Of a stretch of 55,335 nt of DNA, positions 7,599 to 19,297 are shown one piece after another. The notes beneath the pieces were generated by a model. The model saw only the letters and a list, made by a program, of their open reading frames with translations, made no database searches and was not told the origin of the DNA. Source of the DNA: a virus (Duplodnaviria > Caudoviricetes); the IMG/VR virus record IMGVR_UViG_3300025782_000015, positions 1 through 55,335 of that record, one strand, 5' to 3'. The position numbers and the translations under genes are program-made. Each line of letters starts with the position of its first letter. Positions within the stretch are counted from its first letter, which is position 1.

Positions 7599-10500
7599 AT
7601 GACCAATATTATCAAGCAGGTTATTAACGTAGGTAGCCAATCAAATGACGGTACTGGAGACAGTATACGTGACGCATTTACCAAAGTAAACACAAATTTT
7701 GACACGTTATACGCAGTCGCAGGTATCGGCAATGGACTATTGTTTACCAGCTTACAAGACGCACCAACAACACTACAAGCTCAGTCGCTTCTTGTTACAG
7801 ATACTAGTGGATTAACTATCACACAAGTGGCCCTAGTTGGTTCAGACGGTATTCAACTTACTCTAAATTATTCAACTAGTCCGGCTACACTTACTGTTGC
7901 CAGTACTATAACTTCCCTAATAAGCGACCCTGCTCCAGAAATTCAATCAGGTGCTAACCTAAATGGTAACGGTACAGCTCGTGCTATAAATTTCGCAGAT
8001 CCACAGCGAGATACAGATTTAGTTACCAAAGAGTGGGTCGAACAGAACTTCTTAAACAGAGATGCACTATATTCGTATGATACAGGCATCCCCCCAAATC
8101 AATCAACTTCTACAATAGTAGAAGGTAGTACTCTAAGACATAATATTGTATTACAACCATCTGTTGTTCAAACATCCACTAACGTTGGAAAGGTTATCAG
8201 TGTTTTCAATTCTAGCGGAACAACTGCTACCATCGACCTGGCTTATCAGGCATGGAAAGAAACACATCTAACACGCAAAGATTATGTCGATACCAAGATA
8301 AGTTTACAGGGTATCAGTACTATAGATTCGAACACAGGACAAGTAAATCCTGGATTTGGTCAGATGACAGGCGCACTACAACTGTTCCGAGATCCTAACG
8401 AAACAGATAGTCCGCTAACTGCGGCCACAAAGAATTATGTAGATTCTACAGGATTCCCAAGTCAAAGCAACTTCTTCGTAGCGTTAAACGGTAATGACAA
8501 TAGAACAGATATTCCAATTTACAAACGCGGCCGTGCATGGGCATGGGCATTTAGATCTGTTAACAAGGCCGCACAAGCCGCCGAAGCATTCCAAAACACT
8601 AGTCAAATAGTTTTAGGACCTTATGTTAAAACTATCACTACAGATAACTTTACAAATCCTGTAAACATCATTCAGATAACATCTAGTAGTGTTCCTAATG
8701 GTGTTAAACTTGTAGTCAACTATGACGGCTCGGCTGGTACTGATCCATTTATCAATTCTAGTATCTATCCAGGTATATATTTAAAAGGTTGGGACACAGG
8801 TGCGACAGCAGAAATCGTAAACGTGGTCGATCAAGGTGGCGGTACAGAATACTATGAAGTTGTTCCAGTTGACTATGCATCGGGATTCAATACTTCGGTT
8901 AAGGCATTGGGCACTACAGGAACTGTAACTGTTAATCTATTGAATCAAAATCTAGTGTCTGTTCCGGACTTCTGGGTAGATTATACTTTTGTTCTTGACA
9001 ATTCAGTAGGCGGTGGTCAGGGTACTATTATCGGTAGCGACATTTATTACGATGCTAACGGCAATGTTTTTGACAATATTATAGTTGAAGTAACAGTACC
9101 ATTCGGACAATCTAACGTAGCTATTCCTAGCGGAAATTGGCACGTTTATGCAGGTGACTTTACTAATCCATCTAATAACTATGGTGGATTTGCAGTAGGG
9201 GAACAATTAAAATACGGTCAAGCATATAACAAGACCGAAGTTTCGATTCGTATTGAATCAGGCGAATATGATGAAGATTTGCCTATCAGATTATCAGATA
9301 ACATATCAATAGTAGGCGATGAATTCCGCCGTAGTATGGTACGTCCAGGTCGCTGGCCTGATACACAACGTCCATTGCGTACAACTAGCCCCTATGCTAA
9401 TTTGTATTTTAGACGTGATACGCAAGTTGACGGAATGATCATTGTCGAACTTAACACGTTGACTAACTATGCATCTGCGGCCGCAGTAACTCCAGATGGT
9501 GTTACTAATAATGCAAACACAGGTGTTGTTAACTTTACATTAAACACCGGTACTGCCCAAACAAGTTGGGTTAATAAAGTGTTCGTCGGAGCTGGTGGAC
9601 AGGGTACTATTACATCAGCTAATGGTTCTGTGTTTACCGTTAATGTAGCAGAAAATGCTAGCGGGGTACAAGCACTAAATTCATCAACGACTATTAGCAC
9701 CGGATCTTGGCAAATATATGCGCCTATCAACTTTGGATACCACTATCTAAAAGATCCAACCAAACCTATGAACTTGTTAGGATGGGAACCAGGTGGTGGT
9801 TTGAGCAACCCCGGTGGCTATAATAATGCAAGTGACATCTTATTAGCTAATAAACAATTCATTCAAGAAGAAACTATTCGATATCTAAATGCCAACGGTG
9901 GAGAGACACAATATGTTTATGATCAAGCAAAATGGAAACGTGATGTTACTTATTTTGTTGAAGGCCTAGCCTATGATTTACATGTAGGTGGAGTAAGCAG
10001 AACTATTAACCTGCCAGAATTTTACTTTACAGGTAATGATACCGGTGTACCTCAAAATGAACTTCAGTATTTAGAATCTGCAATTACATATATAGGTCAA
10101 TTAGCTTCTCAGGTAATGACTAATTCAACCGGAACTGTTGCTAGATATCAATCAACAGTAACGCAAGTATTTTCTACGCTACCTCTTGAAACAGGATCTA
10201 GTTCTACAGTCATAGCCCTGTGTTCAACTATCAATACTATATTAGCGGGTACAAACCCTGCATACAATCCAGGTAAGTTTAATAATCAGTTAGATGTGTT
10301 CTTAATGAATGACGCTACTATGATTCGTTACTTAGCAGGTCAGGGACATGGCGGATTCATGAAGGTACTTGACCCTTATGGACAGATTAAAGCCAAGTCG
10401 CCATATACACAAACAGCATCGTCATTCTCAGAAAGCATAGGACGTCATCGTTTTGCAGGTGGATTCTTTGTTGACGGATTTACTGGTAACATGCAGTTAA

Positions 10501-13500
10501 ATCCAACATCGTCTACTGCTGGTACCAATGCCAATGGAGATTATGTTTCTATTCCTGTACAAGGCTATGCACTTTCATTACGTAAACCATTAACTCCTTG
10601 TTTCTTTGTTTACAGTGGTATCCAGTATCAGATTGATTATATTTCTAATTGGAACCCATCAGCTGGTGTTAACAATGGTACCGCAGTACTTAATCTAGAT
10701 CCTAACAAGGCAGGAGGAATAGAAAGTGTTTCACTAAGCGGAACTTTAAATACCTTCCTTCCAAATGCCAATATCCCTGTTACTATCAGTAACCCTACAT
10801 CAGCAGGCGGTCTGCCAGCAACTGGATATGTAACTACCGATGGTAGTGGTACTATACAATCAATGACTATTACCTTTTCAGGTACTGGATATGTAAGATC
10901 AACTGATGTCGGTTATAATGCCAACACCATGTCCATTAACTATGTTATAGGACAAGCTACATTTAACGCAACAATCATCAGCGGATCTATCGTAGGATTA
11001 ACAGTTAGCAATCCGGGTTCAGGTTATACAACCAGCACTCCAATTAATATCGCGGCACCATCCGGTGGCGTTGCGGCACGTGCTACTATTACCAGCGTCA
11101 ACGGAACTGGCGGCATTACTGGAGTATCAATTATTTCTGGAGGTAGTGGATACCAAACAATTCCTGCTATTACATTCGGTAACAGTAATATTGTTTATTC
11201 TACAGTGATCAAGAAAGGTTTCATTGGCACATTACCGGCATTAATAGAAACTGTTACAGCTGGTAACAGAAGTATGTTGGCCAATGACTTTACACAGATC
11301 AACGATTATGCTTATGGTATTTTTGCTACCAACGGCGGATTTATTGAAAACGTTAGTATGTTCTCATACTATTGCTGGACTTCATACTATGCCCTAAACG
11401 GCGCTCAGTTAAGAACTATTACAGGTTCTAGTGCATATGGTACCTATGGATTGATCGCTGAAGGATCAGATCCAACAGAAATTCCATTAGCTGTTACAGA
11501 GCCAGACGAGTTCCAACAAATTGCTACGATTTATAACCAACCGCCGTATACAAATATCGCAGGCGGAGTTTTAGTTTACATACAATTACAAGGTGCAATT
11601 AGTTTTGTACCATACGATGAAAGCTTCATGGATGTTAACCTAAATGGTAACTTCCAAACTTATACTGTTAAGGGTGCTACATTTATTACTACAGCATCGG
11701 GTGGTTCGTATGTTTACTCACTGAATATCGATACCGCCGGTGGAGTGTCTGGCTTAACAACAGCGATTCCAGATCAAACTTCTGTGGTATTGCGTACAGG
11801 CCCGCAATTTAGAGTAAGCGGTATCAATGCGGCAACTATTACTCGTCCAAGTACTGTTTTAACTTTATTTGAAGATCCTACCAATGTGTATCGTGTTTTA
11901 GAATATACAGACTTAGGTAATGACGTTGCCCTAGCAGAAGCTGATCAAAATTACGATTACATAAATCTAAGCCCGTACACACAGGCCAACATCTATAGAC
12001 AGGGTATTGTAAATCCAATTATTTCTAGTTCTGGTACTAACTATACAGGTTCTATTTCAACATTAACATTTGCAACACCAAGTCCATTTACCGTAACTGC
12101 GGCAGTTAATGGAACTCAAGGCACGGCGTCTTCCCCTGTATCATCATTCTTAATTGGTGGTACTGTGGGTGGTGCTATAATCCATCCGGGTATGAGCGTA
12201 AGTGGTACTGGCATTGTGTCAGGAACTTATGTAACTTTCTATTCATCTACAAGCAACTATGTTGCATTTAATCAATCACAGTATCTAACAGGCGGAACAA
12301 CATTAACATTTACTGCTGTAACTGCTACAGGTTATGCAACTATCGCAAGCGGTCACGTAGCGGGTGTAGTTATTACAGATCCAGGTGTTGGTTATAATAC
12401 TGCTCCTGCTGTAACAGCACAAACTCCTGCAGGTGGTACAAGTGCTAGTATTACAGTTAGCCTAGCAGGTGTAGTAGGCAGTAACTATTTCAAAGTTGTT
12501 GACGTTGGTGCTAAGAATTATTCACGTTTCCAATTATCGCAAGATATTAATAATAACAGTTACTACTATAGATTTGGCTACGAAGGCAAGATCTATAACA
12601 TCACAGATTACGATCCACCAACTGCAACTACCCCATGGGGTGTGCTAACAGTACAAAGTTTCAGTACTGGTACAGGACTATTAACTGAGATCGATGCTCG
12701 TACAGCATTTGCTAGTGTGGGTGCTAATACCACAGGTAGCATTACTGTACGTATATCAACACTACGTGCTACATCACACGATATGGTTGACGTTGGTACA
12801 GGTGGTTATGCAACAACCAAGATTCCAAATGACTTGTACGGACCTCCACTAATTGCTCCTCAACAAAGTCACGAAGTTATTGAGAAATCAAGAGGTCGTG
12901 TTTACTATGTAACAACTGACCAAGATGGTAATTTCCGTGTTGGTAAGTATTTTGCCGTTGATCAAGGTCGAGGTACTGTTACCATTAATGCTCCAATCAG
13001 TTTAACTGGTGTTGCAGGTTTACAATTCAAGAAGGGTGTGTTAGTTAATGAGTTTTCTAGCGATGTTACAATGGCTGAAAACTCAAATCAAGCTGTTCCA
13101 ACACAACAGGCTATTATCGGTTACCTAGATAGAAGATTAGGTACACAAGTTAGTGGTGCGTTGTTTAACGGAAGTGGCGCAACACTAGGCCCAGGATTCC
13201 TACCATTAACAGGTTCTAACGCAGGAGGTGGTTTACCTCAGATGAGTGGTTCGATCAATATGAATCAAAACACTCTGTATAATCTTCCTGTTCCAACACA
13301 ACCAAGTTATGCTGTTAACAAATCATATGCCGATACTAAGATCAGTTTGTTAGGCATGAGTGAACAACAAAATAATGGTGGACAACTTGCAGGAGTTATG
13401 ACTGGACCGTTGGTATTAGTTGGTAATCCAACAACAGCTACTTCGGTTCTATCACAAACAGCCAATGCATCAGCAACTATTCTTTATCTAAATACCAGCA

Positions 13501-15341
13501 CACTATATCTAGGTATGCAATTGAATAGCACTTCTGTAGCCACTGGTACAGTTATCAGCTCTTTTGGACCAGGTTATATACAATTAAGTGCTCCATTGGT
13601 CAGCACTATAAATTCAGGTTCGACTCTAGTATTTGATCCTATACATCAAGCCGCAACTAAACAATATGTTGATGCAACTAGTCAGATTAGTCAACTACGT
13701 GACGTTACTTTAACATCACCAGCTAATCAAGACTTGTTGATGTTGACCACTGTACAGCAACCTGTTATACAGGCCAATGGTGGTCCATTATACAATACAT
13801 CTACGATCGTAGTTAACGTATCTAATAATACAGCCAATCCAACCAATACAAGCATTGCTAGTAGTGGTGGTAGTGATGTTTCATTCACAAGAAGCGGAAA
13901 CAGCTTGACTGTTAAACTTACTGGCGGTACTGTAGGTGGTGCTAATAATCCAATCACAGACTATCATGTAAACGGTTCTGCACAAATACAGCAAAGCAAG
14001 TTGTTAATGACTGTTGCCACTGCTAGTGCAAGTAGTCCTACAGGTACACAACAACAGATCCAGGCTAACTTAGGTCTAGCACAATTTAATAGTTCTCAGT
14101 TTGCATTAACAAATGGTTGGGTAACTCACGCCACTGCTTCGAGTATCAACAACGGTGTTCCATACAATGCATTACAATGGGTTCCAGGATCTACCACAGG
14201 CGGCTTGTTAGGTAGTGTTGCATTAGGTAATGCAGATGCGGCAGTAACAGCGTTAAGCTCATCAACTGTTCGTACATGGTTGAATGTGGGAAGTTTATCA
14301 GCAGGTGGTAACTTTACTGGTGCTGTAACATTCTCCGGAGGCGTTACAGTAAACACCAACAATATGGATGTACAATCTACGTTGTATACACATAACATTT
14401 ACCCAGATGCAAGTAACACATATAGCATCGGTAGTGGCAGTGATGTTTATGCAAGTATGTATGCTACAACATTCTATGGTGCGTTTAATGGTAGTGGTGC
14501 AAATTTAAACAGTATACCAAATAGTGCGTTAAACAACAATTCAGTAACTGTTACTGCCGGCACAGGTATGAGCGGCGGCGGTAGTGTTGCACTAGGTAGC
14601 TCTGTTACATTAAGTAACGCAGGTGTTACATCGATCGCAGGGTCAACAAACGTTAGTGTAAGTGCGGCAACTGGTGGTGTAACAGTAAGTTTACCAGGTA
14701 CCCTAAGCGTAAACATTTCGGGCAGTTCAGCATCTTGTTCAGGTAACGCGGCAACTGCAAGTGCTCCATCGGGTGGTGGATCATTTATTACAAGTAGCAA
14801 TATCGGTAGCCAATCAGTTAACTATGCCACTTCTGCGGGATCTGCGGGATCTGCGGGATCTGCAAGTTCAGTACCTTGGAGCGGCATTACCGCTGTACCT
14901 AGTCTAGTATACAATAATGGCGGAACTTATAGTATTAGTATTTCAGGTAACGCGGCTACAGCTAACTATGCTGACTTGGCAGAAAAATACTTACCAGATG
15001 TGCAATATGCTCCAGGAACTGTTGTCATATTTGGCGGAGATAACGAAATCACACAAAGTACTATTGCAAATGATAGAAGAATAGCAGGTGTGATATCGAC
15101 TCAACCAGGTCTGATGATGAACAGTCAATTAGAAAACGGACAATATGTAGCGTTACAAGGTCGTGTTCCGACACAGGTAGTAGGTACTATCAAGAAAGGT
15201 GACTTAATGGTAACCAGCGACATATCAGGAGTTGCAATGGCAAACAATGATCCTAAGATGGGAACTGTAATTGGTAAGGCCTTAGAAGATTACGATAGCA
15301 CCGAAGTTGGTGTGATTGAAGTTGTTGTAGGACGAGTATAA
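7599..15341 (+). CDS. giant tail fibre / receptor-binding protein with C-terminal autoproteolytic intramolecular chaperone (Peptidase G2-like)
   Basis: N-terminal NDGTGDSIRDAFTKVNTNF; repeated (A)TK.YVD and G.GY..P motifs; C-terminal YADLAEKY...GRVP...KGD...IGKALE. Confidence 0.85.
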   Translation: MTNIIKQVINVGSQSNDGTGDSIRDAFTKVNTNFDTLYAVAGIGNGLLFTSLQDAPTTLQAQSLLVTDTSGLTITQVALVGSDGIQLTLNYSTSPATLTVASTITSLISDPAPEIQSGANLNGNGTARAINFADPQRDTDLVTKEWVEQNFLNRDALYSYDTGIPPNQSTSTIVEGSTLRHNIVLQPSVVQTSTNVGKVISVFNSSGTTATIDLAYQAWKETHLTRKDYVDTKISLQGISTIDSNTGQVNPGFGQMTGALQLFRDPNETDSPLTAATKNYVDSTGFPSQSNFFVALNGNDNRTDIPIYKRGRAWAWAFRSVNKAAQAAEAFQNTSQIVLGPYVKTITTDNFTNPVNIIQITSSSVPNGVKLVVNYDGSAGTDPFINSSIYPGIYLKGWDTGATAEIVNVVDQGGGTEYYEVVPVDYASGFNTSVKALGTTGTVTVNLLNQNLVSVPDFWVDYTFVLDNSVGGGQGTIIGSDIYYDANGNVFDNIIVEVTVPFGQSNVAIPSGNWHVYAGDFTNPSNNYGGFAVGEQLKYGQAYNKTEVSIRIESGEYDEDLPIRLSDNISIVGDEFRRSMVRPGRWPDTQRPLRTTSPYANLYFRRDTQVDGMIIVELNTLTNYASAAAVTPDGVTNNANTGVVNFTLNTGTAQTSWVNKVFVGAGGQGTITSANGSVFTVNVAENASGVQALNSSTTISTGSWQIYAPINFGYHYLKDPTKPMNLLGWEPGGGLSNPGGYNNASDILLANKQFIQEETIRYLNANGGETQYVYDQAKWKRDVTYFVEGLAYDLHVGGVSRTINLPEFYFTGNDTGVPQNELQYLESAITYIGQLASQVMTNSTGTVARYQSTVTQVFSTLPLETGSSSTVIALCSTINTILAGTNPAYNPGKFNNQLDVFLMNDATMIRYLAGQGHGGFMKVLDPYGQIKAKSPYTQTASSFSESIGRHRFAGGFFVDGFTGNMQLNPTSSTAGTNANGDYVSIPVQGYALSLRKPLTPCFFVYSGIQYQIDYISNWNPSAGVNNGTAVLNLDPNKAGGIESVSLSGTLNTFLPNANIPVTISNPTSAGGLPATGYVTTDGSGTIQSMTITFSGTGYVRSTDVGYNANTMSINYVIGQATFNATIISGSIVGLTVSNPGSGYTTSTPINIAAPSGGVAARATITSVNGTGGITGVSIISGGSGYQTIPAITFGNSNIVYSTVIKKGFIGTLPALIETVTAGNRSMLANDFTQINDYAYGIFATNGGFIENVSMFSYYCWTSYYALNGAQLRTITGSSAYGTYGLIAEGSDPTEIPLAVTEPDEFQQIATIYNQPPYTNIAGGVLVYIQLQGAISFVPYDESFMDVNLNGNFQTYTVKGATFITTASGGSYVYSLNIDTAGGVSGLTTAIPDQTSVVLRTGPQFRVSGINAATITRPSTVLTLFEDPTNVYRVLEYTDLGNDVALAEADQNYDYINLSPYTQANIYRQGIVNPIISSSGTNYTGSISTLTFATPSPFTVTAAVNGTQGTASSPVSSFLIGGTVGGAIIHPGMSVSGTGIVSGTYVTFYSSTSNYVAFNQSQYLTGGTTLTFTAVTATGYATIASGHVAGVVITDPGVGYNTAPAVTAQTPAGGTSASITVSLAGVVGSNYFKVVDVGAKNYSRFQLSQDINNNSYYYRFGYEGKIYNITDYDPPTATTPWGVLTVQSFSTGTGLLTEIDARTAFASVGANTTGSITVRISTLRATSHDMVDVGTGGYATTKIPNDLYGPPLIAPQQSHEVIEKSRGRVYYVTTDQDGNFRVGKYFAVDQGRGTVTINAPISLTGVAGLQFKKGVLVNEFSSDVTMAENSNQAVPTQQAIIGYLDRRLGTQVSGALFNGSGATLGPGFLPLTGSNAGGGLPQMSGSINMNQNTLYNLPVPTQPSYAVNKSYADTKISLLGMSEQQNNGGQLAGVMTGPLVLVGNPTTATSVLSQTANASATILYLNTSTLYLGMQLNSTSVATGTVISSFGPGYIQLSAPLVSTINSGSTLVFDPIHQAATKQYVDATSQISQLRDVTLTSPANQDLLMLTTVQQPVIQANGGPLYNTSTIVVNVSNNTANPTNTSIASSGGSDVSFTRSGNSLTVKLTGGTVGGANNPITDYHVNGSAQIQQSKLLMTVATASASSPTGTQQQIQANLGLAQFNSSQFALTNGWVTHATASSINNGVPYNALQWVPGSTTGGLLGSVALGNADAAVTALSSSTVRTWLNVGSLSAGGNFTGAVTFSGGVTVNTNNMDVQSTLYTHNIYPDASNTYSIGSGSDVYASMYATTFYGAFNGSGANLNSIPNSALNNNSVTVTAGTGMSGGGSVALGSSVTLSNAGVTSIAGSTNVSVSAATGGVTVSLPGTLSVNISGSSASCSGNAATASAPSGGGSFITSSNIGSQSVNYATSAGSAGSAGSASSVPWSGITAVPSLVYNNGGTYSISISGNAATANYADLAEKYLPDVQYAPGTVVIFGGDNEITQSTIANDRRIAGVISTQPGLMMNSQLENGQYVALQGRVPTQVVGTIKKGDLMVTSDISGVAMANNDPKMGTVIGKALEDYDSTEVGVIEVVVGRV
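14832..14863 (+). repeat. 9-bp in-frame tandem repeat (TCTGCGGGA)x3.5 encoding SAG
   Basis: Three perfect copies plus TCTGC. Confidence 0.9.
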
Positions 15342-15342
15342 T

Positions 15343-18300
15343 ATGGCGGCACCAGTTTGGGCTACCCAGGCAGGATTCCTGGGTACATTCACACAAGAAA
15401 TTCAGTTCGTTGCAACTGGATCTACTATCACTTTGCAACTGCAAACTGTTTCGCCCGACGCTACATTCTCAATCATTAGCGGTTCTCTCCCTAGCGGTTT
15501 ACATGTCTACCCAGGCAACGGTATCATCTATGGTACTCCGTTTTACACCAATCAAGTTGTAACAAGCAATTTTGTAGTACGTGCAACTAATTCCGACGGT
15601 GTTGCTGATAGAACATTTAGTATGGATATTGCAGGACCTACAGACCCAGTCTGGGTTACTAATTCAGGCCTACTACCTGTTGGACCAAATGGAGAGTTAT
15701 ACGCATTGAATCTAAGTCGCGTATACATCCAGCTAAATGCTACGACTCCTAAATTGCCAAATGGTCACTTAATGCGTTACTATCTTAAGAGTAATGCAGG
15801 TCAATTACCGCCAGGACTAACAATAAATCAACAGGGATTGATATCTGGTGTAGTTGATGATGTTCTTAGTTTAGATTACCTGGCTAACATTGACGGCGGG
15901 TATGATGAAGAATTTTATGACTCTGCTCCTTACGATCACGTTGTAATATTAAGAACTGAAAAGCAAGGCCGACCAGAAGCAATAGCTAAAATTTATGAAT
16001 TTACTGTGGTCGCCACAGATGGTGTATCTAGCAGTCAACAACAATTTTTAATACGAGTAGAAGATCCAAACTCTCTTAGAGCAGATAACGTAGAGTTGAA
16101 TGACAAGAGTGTTACTGTCATAGGAACTCTAGGCTCTAACACTCTACAAGTAACCAGCAACACTAGTACTACGATGCCTAGTCTTGGTTCTGCTATATTT
16201 GGGCCGCAGGATTCTACAGGTGCTCCGTTAGTCGTACAAGAAAATCCAGCAAGCTATGTTGAATCTATAAACTTTACTAATAAGACATTTACTATTAATT
16301 CAACATTGATTAGTGACTACAATGGCAGTTTGTTCTATAGAGCTCCTTTACTCAATGAAGGTATAGGAGAAAACACAGCATTATCCGGTGATAGCTCTGT
16401 ATTCAAATCAGACATTGGATTCACTGTTGCCCCTGAATGGATTGATAGCAACGGTGTTGCATTACCGAAGGTTGCTAATTTAGGAACATTTAGATCTAAC
16501 AACTATCAAATAATCCAATTAGAAACATACGATCCTAATCCTTATGGAGGGTCAGTAACCTACGATTGGTTGTCTCGTGTTTACAATCCTGAAATACTAA
16601 TGGTCACAGATTCTGTGTTCAATGCCGCAGGTATACCAACAGCAAACCTATTTGGTCAATCTAATTTGTATGTCAAATCTGTATCTGCTGTACCTACTGT
16701 AGGTATGCAATTTAAATTAGATGGTTATGTAAATGGTGCCGACAATAAAATTTATACTATAGCAAGTGTAACAGCCTATGCTGGCGGTTATGCTCTCGGG
16801 CTAGGAGTTTATACAAAGTATATTGGTAATCTAGCAAACAACGCACAAACTCCTACTATAGGATACAATACTACATATAACTTACCTCCACAGATAACTG
16901 CAACCGCAAGCGGAGATGCAGGATCCACTGTATTATCTATTGTTAATATACTTGCCGTTACTGTAGGAATGACTGTAACTGGCCAAGGTATACAAAACTA
17001 TTCAAAGATACTGAACATCAATTCAGTAACACGTACTGCTACACTAAGCGAACCGTTATTGTCAGATCTTATTAATGTAAAATTAACTTTTGGCCCTGGT
17101 CTAGGAGATCTATATCAGTATAGAAATACTATAAGCAATAGCGTACATTATGTCGTATGGACTGACAACGGTTGGGTTGATTACGAAGAAGATCCGGGAT
17201 TAATTGCATCAGGTCCTGGTGTTATCAAACTTAGCACTAAAATTTTAGATACTACAAATATCTACACAGGTAGTAAAGCAATTCACCCTTCGGGATTGAA
17301 GTTAAATCCTGTGACAGCTGAATTGTACGGTGTACTACCATATCAACCTAGCTATAGCGAAACTTATAAATTTACCGTTCGTGTAACTAAACAAGACTAT
17401 TCAACAGGCGATATAGTATACAAAGATCAAATGTTCCTATTGACATTACAGGGGCAAGTACAAACTCAAATAGAATTTATTTCTACAGGATCAGTTGGAG
17501 TTCTAGTACCAGGTCAACCCTCTGAATTACAAGTAGTTGCACAGCATACTGACAACAGCAATTTAAGCATCAACTATATACAAACAGGTGGCAAGTTACC
17601 GCAGGGAATCACGCTACAGCGAGACGGAACTTTAGTTGGCACAGTACCTTATGGAAATCTTACATCTATCGATGTTAATTCTATTGGGTTCAATAAATTT
17701 AGTCTAGATCAAGGATCTACTACATTTGATAAAGAATTTTCATTCAATGTAACTGCCAATGACGTATATCTGTTGTCTAGTGTGACCAAGACATTTAATG
17801 TAAAGATCAACGAATATACTCCTGTACTATACACAGGAATATATTTCAAACCATTGATGGCAGTATCCAGTCGTCAATATTTTAGAGATCTAGTACAAAA
17901 TTATAATGTATTCAGTACAGACTTGTTGTATCGTCCAGAAGATCCTAACTTTGGTGTACAAAATTCTGTCAAGATGTATTTGGAATATGGGTTACAAGAA
18001 CTTAATCTAGACTACTATATGCCGGCGTTGGTTAACTATTTTAAACGTAAGCGTTTTTACTTTGGAGAAATAACCAGTGCCATAGCACAAGATTCTCTAG
18101 GCAACGATGTATACGAAGTTGTTTATGTAAATGTCATAGACGATCAGATGAACGGTAATATCAATCCCGGTGCTAGTTTCTCTGAAAAGGTAGGAGGAGT
18201 AGTAACTACATTCTATCCAGACTCAACTGGTAATATGCAAACAGCATTAGAAAATATTTCCGTGAGCACTAATGCTAGCGGTGTCATAAGTGTTGATTCG

Positions 18301-18669
18301 ACCTTTAGACCAAAATTCATGCAGTCTATACAAAGTTCAACAGGAACTCCGTTAGGCTTTGTTAAAGCAGTTATCCTGTGTTATGCACTTCCCGGTAAAG
18401 CATCAGAGATCATTTCACGAATTAATACTCTAAACTTTGACTTCAAACAACTAGATTTTGATGTTGATAGGATCTACATAGAGAAAAGTTTAACCACTAC
18501 TTCAACAGCATATTTGCTGTTTGGTACTGGTGCAAGTTCTTCTGGTTTCAACTTGCAAACAGAGGATGGTATTTTGGATCCTGCAAGCCCAGAATACAAT
18601 GCACAATACATACAATTTATCGCCGATCAGGACATCACTACAGAAGCAGGCGTAGTTATTACCATATAA
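15343..18669 (+). CDS. baseplate/virion protein with putative Ig-like (He_PIG) repeats
   Basis: Repeated G.LP.GL.....G.I.G motifs followed by F.V.ATD/N; adjacent to fibre gene. Confidence 0.75.
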   Translation: MAAPVWATQAGFLGTFTQEIQFVATGSTITLQLQTVSPDATFSIISGSLPSGLHVYPGNGIIYGTPFYTNQVVTSNFVVRATNSDGVADRTFSMDIAGPTDPVWVTNSGLLPVGPNGELYALNLSRVYIQLNATTPKLPNGHLMRYYLKSNAGQLPPGLTINQQGLISGVVDDVLSLDYLANIDGGYDEEFYDSAPYDHVVILRTEKQGRPEAIAKIYEFTVVATDGVSSSQQQFLIRVEDPNSLRADNVELNDKSVTVIGTLGSNTLQVTSNTSTTMPSLGSAIFGPQDSTGAPLVVQENPASYVESINFTNKTFTINSTLISDYNGSLFYRAPLLNEGIGENTALSGDSSVFKSDIGFTVAPEWIDSNGVALPKVANLGTFRSNNYQIIQLETYDPNPYGGSVTYDWLSRVYNPEILMVTDSVFNAAGIPTANLFGQSNLYVKSVSAVPTVGMQFKLDGYVNGADNKIYTIASVTAYAGGYALGLGVYTKYIGNLANNAQTPTIGYNTTYNLPPQITATASGDAGSTVLSIVNILAVTVGMTVTGQGIQNYSKILNINSVTRTATLSEPLLSDLINVKLTFGPGLGDLYQYRNTISNSVHYVVWTDNGWVDYEEDPGLIASGPGVIKLSTKILDTTNIYTGSKAIHPSGLKLNPVTAELYGVLPYQPSYSETYKFTVRVTKQDYSTGDIVYKDQMFLLTLQGQVQTQIEFISTGSVGVLVPGQPSELQVVAQHTDNSNLSINYIQTGGKLPQGITLQRDGTLVGTVPYGNLTSIDVNSIGFNKFSLDQGSTTFDKEFSFNVTANDVYLLSSVTKTFNVKINEYTPVLYTGIYFKPLMAVSSRQYFRDLVQNYNVFSTDLLYRPEDPNFGVQNSVKMYLEYGLQELNLDYYMPALVNYFKRKRFYFGEITSAIAQDSLGNDVYEVVYVNVIDDQMNGNINPGASFSEKVGGVVTTFYPDSTGNMQTALENISVSTNASGVISVDSTFRPKFMQSIQSSTGTPLGFVKAVILCYALPGKASEIISRINTLNFDFKQLDFDVDRIYIEKSLTTTSTAYLLFGTGASSSGFNLQTEDGILDPASPEYNAQYIQFIADQDITTEAGVVITI

Positions 18670-18688
18670 ATACTTCAAAGAGAATACG

Positions 18689-19297
18689 ATGAGCACTATT
18701 ACCAATTCAAGCAACTTAATTAATATAGCTTACCCTATAGCAGGTCAGGATAATGACTCGCAGGGTTTTAGAGACAATTTCAACAATATCCAAAGCGGTT
18801 TTCAAATCGCTTCAAATGAAATAGCAGATCTACAGGGAAAGGCGCTACTAATAAGTCCTTTGATCGGAACTACAGCAACAAATAACAATTACAATTATGG
18901 TGTGCTTGAAAATGTAGTATTGCAGGGCGAAGGGGTACAGAGTGTTAATAACACACTAACACCGGTAGGTGGTCACGTAACTATCGACTACACGAAAGGG
19001 TCATATCAGAAATATGCTTTAAGTTCTGCTACAATATTCTCAATTAGCTGGCCTAATAATAGCTTGAATGTCTTGAATCAAATGACATTAGCGTTATCTA
19101 ACGCAAGTACACAATCCAGCGTAAGTGCAACTTTTACTCCACCTAGTGGCGGAAGCGTTAAGGTTGATAGCAGTTATGGATTAACATTGCCCTTGACTGT
19201 ATCGCAGGCCGCACCTAGCGTAGTGATTTATGAAATACATACAACAGATGGCGGATTTACCAGCTACCTAAGATTTGTTGGAGGTCCATACCTATAA
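18689..19297 (+). CDS. virion structural protein
   Basis: YP.AGQDNDSQGFRDNF N-terminus; TATAAATA at 18665-18672. Confidence 0.65.
   Translation: MSTITNSSNLINIAYPIAGQDNDSQGFRDNFNNIQSGFQIASNEIADLQGKALLISPLIGTTATNNNYNYGVLENVVLQGEGVQSVNNTLTPVGGHVTIDYTKGSYQKYALSSATIFSISWPNNSLNVLNQMTLALSNASTQSSVSATFTPPSGGSVKVDSSYGLTLPLTVSQAAPSVVIYEIHTTDGGFTSYLRFVGGPYL

Noticed and set aside
14960-15341. Intein at the end of the giant fibre
   Set aside because: Terminal position and the ADLAE...GRVP...GKAL pattern fit an autoproteolytic chaperone domain; no intein C-terminal HN junction.
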